Made by a program: the position numbers and the translations under genes. From the NCBI GenBank assembly GCA_037310415.1, contig CP147780.1, forward strand, positions 224,001 to 288,000: a DNA stretch of 64,000 nucleotides. The letters run 5' to 3'. Under the pieces are notes generated by a model. It did not search any database. It was given only the letters and a program-made list of their open reading frames with translations, and had not been told where the DNA came from. Positions 57,652 through 64,000 of this stretch are shown here, piece by piece (within the stretch, counting starts at the first letter, position 1; each line of letters begins with the position of its first letter). The DNA comes from Candidatus Atabeyarchaeum deiterrae (GTDB lineage: Archaea > Asgardarchaeota > Atabeyarchaeia > Atabeyarchaeales > Atabeyarchaeaceae).

Positions 57652-57791
57652 GGAAGGGGACAGAAAATCGCACTTATCGCCCTTCTTATTTCAGTTAGTG
57701 TTTTCGCACATACGGGAAAGACGGATTCCCTCCCATGAAAGGGAATCCTCAGAAAATGATTTTAGACCGTGAGCAATATAGTCATTCAGGG

Positions 57792-57926
57792 AGCCCCGTG
57801 GTCTAGCGATCCGAAGTCTGAAGAGGACTTGGGCTGGAAGCCAATGATGGCGGGCTTTGGACCCGTTGACGGGAGTTCGAATTGTCCGACGAATTTGTGG
57901 AGACGAAATTCTCCCCGGGGCTACCA
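57792..57926 (+). tRNA. tRNA-Gln(TTG) with two non-canonical introns (57809-57839 D-loop, 57882-57909 T-loop)
   Basis: Spliced product AGCCCCGTGGTCTAGCGGCCAATGATGGCGGGCTTTGGACCCGTTGACGGGAGTTCGAATCTCCCCGGGGCTACCA; A1-T72 pair typical of archaeal tRNA-Gln. Confidence 0.9.
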
Positions 57927-58091
57927 TTTTTCTTCTGCCTTGATCGGTCAACTTTCTGGACGCATCACAGGTCTCTGCATAAAGCATTAAATACGGTTAG
58001 CAAAGGTACAAATTACTGTCCATCAGAAGCTCCAATCTACCGATCTCGTGGGGTTGTGATATTCGGTCAGAACCTAAGGATATGAAGCCAT

Positions 58092-59450
58092 GTGAGGTCA
58101 CCCGAGATGCTGGAGAAGAGTCTCATCGATGAGTACGTAAAGCGGACGCCTCGATCCAAAGAGCTGTTCGAAAGAGCAGTGAAACTTACTCCTAGTGGTG
58201 TAAGTCACAATATCCGTTTCTTTCACCCTTATCCCTTCTTTGTCAAGAGCGGTAAGGGGTCTCGCTTGCACGACATTGATAACAATTCCTATACTGATTA
58301 TTGGATGGTCCACATGGCCGCAATTCTCGGTCATGCGCATCCAGAGGTTGTTCGAGCCGTTTCCAAGCAAGTTACCAAAGGCTTCCACTACGGAACTGTG
58401 AATGAAGTAAGTGTGGATCTAGCAGACGTAATTTGTAGGAATCTTCTATGTGGTGACATGCTAAGGTTCTGCAACAGTGGAATGGAAGCTACGCACTATG
58501 CTGTCAGATTGGCTAGAGGTTATACGGGCAAGAAAGTTATCTTGAAAATGACTGGCGGGTGGCATGGCGGCAATGAGCTACAAGTTGCTGTCACCCCTCC
58601 TTTTGACAAAGTGGAGTCGATGGGACTTCTTGATGAGCTATCAAGGTTTGTCATAGCAGTTCCTTTCAACGATATCGATGGAACCTCATCGACTCTCAGG
58701 AGGTACTCTGGTCAGGTTGCTGCCATAATTGTGGAGCCGATGCTCGGCGCCGGGGGATGCGTACCTGCCGAGAAGGATTACTTGAAGTACTTGAGAGAGG
58801 CCGCTGACAGAGAAAGTGTGTTGCTGATCTTTGATGAGGTTATAACTGGCTTCAGGGTTTCGTTAGGATCGGCGCAAGGGTATTTCAACATTAAACCCGA
58901 CCTGACTACATTAGGAAAGGTTATTGGTGGTGGTTTACCAATCGGAGCTTTGGCAGGTGTACGTGAAGTAATGAAGTTGAGTGATCACACCAGTGGGGGT
59001 GGAAAGGGAAGCTATGTCTGGATCGGCGGAGGAACCTTCTCAATGAATCCTATGTCGATGACATCAGGTCTTGCAACACTAAGACATCTGACTCGGAATC
59101 CAGAGTCATACGATTATATCGGAAAGCTCGGGGAGGCTGCACGCATGGGCATTGATAAACAGTTTTCCGACCGCGGTATCCACACGAAAAGCATCGGTCT
59201 GGGTTCTCTCTTTCAAACCCACTTTCTGCGCGAAGAGGGATTGGATGTTAAGAACGCCGAAGACAAATCGGCAAATACTATAAGAGAGAAGCTGGCTGAG
59301 TTTCATTTCCGGCTCCTACTTGAAGGAATCTTCTTCCTTCCGGAACACGAAGGAGCCATCTCGACCGTGCATAGTAAAAAGGACATTGCAGAGCTTGCTG
59401 AGGCATCAGGAAGAATAGCTGAGGCGATGCGCGAAAAAGAGGATCGTTAA
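58092..59450 (+). CDS. Class III aminotransferase, glutamate-1-semialdehyde aminomutase-like
   Basis: LGHAHP, NSGMEA, FDEVITGFR, TLGKVIGGGLP and GTFS.NP. Confidence 0.85.
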   Translation: MRSPEMLEKSLIDEYVKRTPRSKELFERAVKLTPSGVSHNIRFFHPYPFFVKSGKGSRLHDIDNNSYTDYWMVHMAAILGHAHPEVVRAVSKQVTKGFHYGTVNEVSVDLADVICRNLLCGDMLRFCNSGMEATHYAVRLARGYTGKKVILKMTGGWHGGNELQVAVTPPFDKVESMGLLDELSRFVIAVPFNDIDGTSSTLRRYSGQVAAIIVEPMLGAGGCVPAEKDYLKYLREAADRESVLLIFDEVITGFRVSLGSAQGYFNIKPDLTTLGKVIGGGLPIGALAGVREVMKLSDHTSGGGKGSYVWIGGGTFSMNPMSMTSGLATLRHLTRNPESYDYIGKLGEAARMGIDKQFSDRGIHTKSIGLGSLFQTHFLREEGLDVKNAEDKSANTIREKLAEFHFRLLLEGIFFLPEHEGAISTVHSKKDIAELAEASGRIAEAMREKEDR

Positions 59451-59462
59451 AGAATCCTACGC

Positions 59463-60182
59463 TTACCGCGGCTTTCTTCTTTTTCTCTCGGAGATCTCTG
59501 TCTTCAAGTTGAAGGGTTTACCTTCATTCAGTACACTCTGAGGCAGTTTATTCGACCATCTCTTCAGAAATGCGATGTCTTCATCTACGTTCCTCAAGTC
59601 GTCAGGCAGCATGTGAGGAATGGTTTCGATTACGGGATACCACCTTTGACATTTGCCACAAATGATCAACCCTTCTTCAATCTCGGTCAAGAAGAAATAC
59701 CAATTCAACAAATACATTTCTGGTAAGATGTCTTGAAGGATTTTCTTTCCTTCTGCTAGGCTGATCACGTCTTTCGCTGATTGAACGACTTTGATGGTCT
59801 TGCTTACCTTATCTGTTGCTTTAGATCTCACTTGGTCCAGGACCGTGGTTGCGGATGTGTTGGTTGCGTCGGTGATGGTTTGCGCCGACCTGATTTTTCC
59901 ATTTAGATCCCCCAAGTATTCGGGAAGCGATTTCTTTTCTCGAGAAAACTCGTCCTCAATTTCGATGAACCTGTCTTCGGAGAACTTCACACATTTATCC
60001 CTTTTGCCGTTGGGGAGTGTCAATACACAGCTACTTTCAAGTGCTGATAGCTGACGACTCTTGAATGCTGATTCAATCTGGGAAAAGGCTTTTTCGTTAG
60101 TCTCCCACTTGAGTATCTCAAGATCAAGAGGGTAGTGCTTGCAGATTGGACAAGCCAATATGTCAAGAAGCCATATTCTCAT
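59463..60182 (-). CDS. Trm112-family methyltransferase activator with a large insertion
   Basis: LLDILACPICK.YPL ... IEEGLIICGKCQRWYPV.E.IPHMLPD. Confidence 0.8.
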   Translation of the reverse strand: MRIWLLDILACPICKHYPLDLEILKWETNEKAFSQIESAFKSRQLSALESSCVLTLPNGKRDKCVKFSEDRFIEIEDEFSREKKSLPEYLGDLNGKIRSAQTITDATNTSATTVLDQVRSKATDKVSKTIKVVQSAKDVISLAEGKKILQDILPEMYLLNWYFFLTEIEEGLIICGKCQRWYPVIETIPHMLPDDLRNVDEDIAFLKRWSNKLPQSVLNEGKPFNLKTEISERKRRKPR

Positions 60183-60228
60183 TGTATGTTTCCACAACCA
60201 TCCTTTTGACACTAGGTTTAGGAGTGCT

Positions 60229-61359
60229 TCACGTTCTTATGACTTTTCCTTGTTCTACTGTAAGACCGGGTTCCAATCTGACGCCAGGACCTATTACGAC
60301 ATTCTCGCCCAATGTGCATCCTGCACCTATTATAGCTGACGAGTCTATCTCGGTGTTGGATCCTATTTTACATCTCTCATCTAGAATACATTTGCTCAAC
60401 GAGACTCTTGTATGAATTTCGGTTGAGCCAAACACTATGGCACTGTCTAGTCTTGAGTTTTCTCCCACGTTGACCCTACGTTTGAGCATTGTTCCAGGGG
60501 TTATCTGTGTCCCCTTCCCTATCGTACATGAATCCTCGATGAATGCTGGTCCCTGAATTCTGACATCTGTTTCAAGAATCGTTCCGTCTCCTATCCAAAC
60601 CGGGCCCTTGATTGTGGCGCGATTAACGTCGGCTGTACGCGAGATCGAATGACCAAGTTTATCCAGAAGCCAAGCTGATGCCTCGAGAAATCCTTCGACA
60701 GTCCCGATATCCGTCCAGAAACCTGCTGCCCTAAAGCCATAAAGGGGTATTCCCGTTTCAATGATGAGAGGGAAGACATCATTTGCGAAGTCAAAAGGCT
60801 TGTTTCTCGGGATCAGATTGAGTACATCGGGTTCGAGAAAATACATGCCAGTATTTGCCAGATTGCTTTGACACTCCTTCGGCGAGGGCTTCTCTTTAAA
60901 GTCTATAACCTTGTTCTCTTCATCCAGCTCCACGACACCATATCTCCAAGGTTTCTCGACTGGAACAACACCTAGTGTGACCAAGGATCTCTTTTCCCTG
61001 TGATATGCCAGTTGCTCAGCTAAGTTGATATCTGTCACGCTATCGCCTTGTATCACGGCAAAGGTCTCGTCCAGATATTTCTCAGCATTCTTAACTGAAC
61101 CAGCTGTTCCAAGAGGGCTCTCTTCTCGAGGATAACGTAAGCTCACTCCAAACTTCGAACCGTTGCCAAAGTAATTCTCAATCTGCTCGCGAAGATAGTT
61201 AGCCGTGATAACTATTTCATCAAAACCCTGTTTAGAGAGTGATTCGATCAAATACTGTAGAACGGGCTTCGGTCCCACAGGTAGTATTGATTTAGGTCTT
61301 GAATACGTCAAGGGGCGGAGTCTTGTGCCAAAGCCTCCCGCAAGTATCACGGCTTTCAA
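60229..61359 (-). CDS. Sugar-1-phosphate nucleotidyltransferase (GMPP-like) with LbH domain
   Basis: ILAGGFGTRLRPLT..RPK, PLGTAG, F.EKP, W.DIG and hexapeptide repeats. Confidence 0.92.
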   Translation of the reverse strand: MKAVILAGGFGTRLRPLTYSRPKSILPVGPKPVLQYLIESLSKQGFDEIVITANYLREQIENYFGNGSKFGVSLRYPREESPLGTAGSVKNAEKYLDETFAVIQGDSVTDINLAEQLAYHREKRSLVTLGVVPVEKPWRYGVVELDEENKVIDFKEKPSPKECQSNLANTGMYFLEPDVLNLIPRNKPFDFANDVFPLIIETGIPLYGFRAAGFWTDIGTVEGFLEASAWLLDKLGHSISRTADVNRATIKGPVWIGDGTILETDVRIQGPAFIEDSCTIGKGTQITPGTMLKRRVNVGENSRLDSAIVFGSTEIHTRVSLSKCILDERCKIGSNTEIDSSAIIGAGCTLGENVVIGPGVRLEPGLTVEQGKVIRT

Positions 61360-61447
61360 TCGTCCACCATCTCTGCTTGTGGTTCATTGCCTTCGTGCGG
61401 TTGTCTTGATCATGGCTCAGTTGGAATAACGACCTGTTTACTTATCC

Positions 61448-61741
61448 TTATCTCTTCCTTTTGCCCTTCTTCTCGAATGGCTTTGCAGGAGTCTGATTTA
61501 GGTTTCTTAGGAAATAACCTCTAACGAGCATATTCCAAGAGTAGAGCCACACAAAAACAATGAAACCCGCCACCAACAAACCCACGATATTTGACGTAAG
61601 TCTATCTCTGAAAGTGTCTGTTAACCAACTTGCTGAGTACAACAAATAGTAAACAATATCGAGGCAAATAATCATTGTGACCCAAATTATGGGAACAGTT
61701 AGGATCAACCCGAATAGATATTTCTTGCTCGACATTGTCAT
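61448..61741 (-). CDS. Small two-TM membrane protein
   Basis: Two hydrophobic helices and a basic tail, co-oriented within the operon. Confidence 0.7.
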   Translation of the reverse strand: MTMSSKKYLFGLILTVPIIWVTMIICLDIVYYLLYSASWLTDTFRDRLTSNIVGLLVAGFIVFVWLYSWNMLVRGYFLRNLNQTPAKPFEKKGKRKR

Positions 61742-61762
61742 GCACTCCTCTCTCCAGAGTTT

Positions 61763-62782
61763 CTATGTGATCATCATTATTGCTGTCAGTACCGACAGAA
61801 TTGAACTACATGCTGAGAGTATGAACAATACTCTGACGACTTCGTACTCACGCAGTGGTGTTTTTGCCACTATTATCCTAGTCAAGGTTATTGGAGCTTT
61901 GGGGTCGGGGTTTGCGGCAATTAGGTCCCCTTTTTGAAGGTAGGTTGGTCTTTGTTTAACCTGATGTCTTTCGAATAATCTTCCTATGCTTGCTAAGCTA
62001 TGAAATGAATTCATTATGAAAGGTATAACTGCAACGACGCAGACAACTTCAAGTCTGCCGATGATAGCTGTGGCAGCTATTACCGATCCTACAGTGAGCG
62101 AGCCGACGTCTCCATCGAAAACTCTTGCAGGGAATCTATTGAATCGATAGTACGCTATCAGAGCGCTGGCCAATATTGCTGAGAGTATCATACCTTCAGT
62201 TGATCCGAAAATAATCGAACATACGAGCAGCGCGATGGCGACTGGAATACATGTACTTGGCATGGCCCCATTGAGAACATCTAGCATATTCACAGCATTC
62301 GCTGCCATGGCCGTACCAACGGGGATCAGTAGCGCGTATAATATTGTTGGTGAAGTCGACCCTATGAAAGGAAAAACTGGATGAGGAACATACGTATCAA
62401 ACAAAAAAATCGGCCAGCAAGCGGCGGCTGTAAGAATGGGCTTTATTTTTGGTCCTAGCTTCTTTAGGTCATCAACCAAGCCGATCACAGCAACCGTGCC
62501 CAACATGAGCAGGGCCGAGATCACTTTGACACTTGTCTGTGGAATGAGGATTATGGCAAGAATATCTCCTATCATCAAGGCTACTACGATCCCTATTCCG
62601 CCCATTTCCGGGATCTCAGGTCTGGCAGCCTTGTGATAATCTACTCCAGTTATGCCTCTTCGTTTCAGTTTCTTGATCAAGTAGGGCATCGTCACCGTGG
62701 CGACGGCGAAAACGATTAGCGAGATGAGCAGAGTCATGAGAAGGGCTTGCGCATCTGGAAGACCAAGGCTTACCATGTTCAT
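61763..62782 (-). CDS. Polyprenyl-phosphate GlcNAc-1-P transferase (AglH/Alg7, MraY family)
   Basis: G.D.HK...IPEMGG, GLVDD, NAVNMLDVLNG and FPARVFDGDVGS. Confidence 0.88.
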   Translation of the reverse strand: MNMVSLGLPDAQALLMTLLISLIVFAVATVTMPYLIKKLKRRGITGVDYHKAARPEIPEMGGIGIVVALMIGDILAIILIPQTSVKVISALLMLGTVAVIGLVDDLKKLGPKIKPILTAAACWPIFLFDTYVPHPVFPFIGSTSPTILYALLIPVGTAMAANAVNMLDVLNGAMPSTCIPVAIALLVCSIIFGSTEGMILSAILASALIAYYRFNRFPARVFDGDVGSLTVGSVIAATAIIGRLEVVCVVAVIPFIMNSFHSLASIGRLFERHQVKQRPTYLQKGDLIAANPDPKAPITLTRIIVAKTPLREYEVVRVLFILSACSSILSVLTAIMMIT

Positions 62783-62894
62783 CAGCTTTCCCTTTGAACG
62801 TGTAAACAGTCGGTTGTGACGGGCTTCTCAGCATATTTAGTTTTCTGTTTCGTGTTCGTCCTCTATGTTTAGAGAAATAAGTGCTTTGCTCAGT

Positions 62895-63914
62895 TCATTC
62901 GCTCAGGAGTCTTACACCGTACCTTCTGATGAAGGTGGCAAATTCGTTCGCTAGTCCGTTCAAGTTGGAACTGCTTGTTTCGCTGCCCAGCTCGATCCAG
63001 TCATGATCTTCACGAAAAGAATCTGGCACGGCAAATGACACTACACAGAATTTGCCAATCGCTCTGATGTCAGCACTTTTCATGAATTGCAGATCAGGCT
63101 TCCCTGAATACACTAGGTTTCCAATATCACTCTTAGTGATCACTGCTCCATTGACTGTCTCTTTTTGCGTTATTGATCTGTTTCCAATGAATTCTTCAAA
63201 ATATCTCCGAAAGTCTTTGAGTATTTCCACCGCCAGCTTGTCCATCTCTTTTGGACCGAGAGCTTTGGGATAGTCTCCGCGCCGTATGACTTTAGCCGGA
63301 ACACCCGCGACAAGCGTATAGTCAGGAACGTCCTCGGTGACCACTGATCCCCCAGCAATGGTACTTCCCTTCCCTATTGTGACACCCGGCATGACAAACA
63401 CATGCCAAGGTAGCCATGCATCATCCTTTATTTCGACTTTTCCGAACTGAAAGGGATATCCCTTGAAAGCATTCTGCCACACGCCATGTGTAAAAATCAT
63501 GCAGTAGCCGCCGATTCCAGCATTATTTCCGATAATGACTTCTCTTGTCGTGTTTATGTAGGTGTGATGTAATACCACACAACGGCTACCAATCGCAAAA
63601 TAGCTTCGCTCACTTTGCATGCCCGCAGCGACAACTCCTCGGTCGATGAGGGTATCATTACCTATTTCTATTCCCTTAAACGCGTTAATAGCGCTCCCTT
63701 CTTTGATCTGGACATGGTGACCGACCGTGACGTCACCCTTCGAGAGTATTATTGAGTCATTGATCTTAGTCTCGTGACCGATGAAGAGACTCTTAGCCTC
63801 AGCCCTGACATTCGTAAGTTTGGCGTTGTCTTCTATAGTCACAGAATCCGCAGTGATGGTTACATTTTCCAAGGACGCGTTTTCCGCTATACTCTTCGAC
63901 TTGGCGTTTATCAT
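62895..63914 (-). CDS. Hexapeptide-repeat acyltransferase
   Basis: LbH repeats, IFTH and VMPGVTIG...AGGSVVT.DVP...VAGVPAKVIR. Confidence 0.85.
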   Translation of the reverse strand: MINAKSKSIAENASLENVTITADSVTIEDNAKLTNVRAEAKSLFIGHETKINDSIILSKGDVTVGHHVQIKEGSAINAFKGIEIGNDTLIDRGVVAAGMQSERSYFAIGSRCVVLHHTYINTTREVIIGNNAGIGGYCMIFTHGVWQNAFKGYPFQFGKVEIKDDAWLPWHVFVMPGVTIGKGSTIAGGSVVTEDVPDYTLVAGVPAKVIRRGDYPKALGPKEMDKLAVEILKDFRRYFEEFIGNRSITQKETVNGAVITKSDIGNLVYSGKPDLQFMKSADIRAIGKFCVVSFAVPDSFREDHDWIELGSETSSSNLNGLANEFATFIRRYGVRLLSE

Positions 63915-64000
63915 TCACATCTCCCCTTTCTCAATCATTTTTACTAAGTCAATGCCTCTTTTTACTTGAAGCTGCTTCCTTGACGCCAGATACTTCATTA
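63915..64000 (-). CDS. 3' end of an upstream gene truncated by the window edge
   Basis: Open frame ...KYLASRKQLQVKRGIDLVKMIEKGEM-TGA abutting the acyltransferase ATG. Confidence 0.45.
   Translation of the reverse strand, partial: MKYLASRKQLQVKRGIDLVKMIEKGEM

Noticed and set aside
742-63969. Numerous 60-230 aa ORFs antisense to or overlapping confident genes (e.g. 4585-4917, 17449-18045, 30332-30835, 35477-36079, 38357-39055, 46474-46968)
   Set aside because: Shadow frames of well-supported genes, with no motifs or SD sites.

Overview
A 64-kb archaeal chromosomal window, mostly housekeeping genes. The ribophorin-I-like protein, Roadblock-like protein, Site-1-protease-like subtilase, multi-intron tRNAs, cdrS-ftsZ pair and H4MPT-type enzymes suggest an Asgard, or at least TACK/Asgard, archaeon (inference only). 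Core genes include ABCE1, fbp, tpiA, argS, alaS, nep1, rnp4, the S19e-L39e-L31e-aIF6-LX-pfdA-ftsY block, secE-spt5-L11-L1-L10-L12, thiL, tgtA, gcvPA/PB and N-glycosylation genes. Five intron-containing tRNA genes were found by eye: Arg-CCG and Arg-TCG flanking argS, Arg-TCT with C33, Leu-GAG with three introns, and Gln-TTG with two. The best candidate for an undescribed system is the operon at 23721-26504. It pairs a soluble MtrA-MtrH corrinoid methyltransferase fusion with a single-chain, pseudo-dimeric thymidylate-synthase-fold enzyme that has the cytosine-specifying Asp, suggesting cobamide-dependent C5 methylation of a cytidine nucleotide. A second candidate is a histidine-catabolism cluster (hutH, divergent hutI, glnA) with a divergent Ftr formyltransferase that may feed histidine C1 units to H4MPT. 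No CRISPR array, rRNA gene, integrase or transposase was seen. All family assignments come from motif recognition without database searches.
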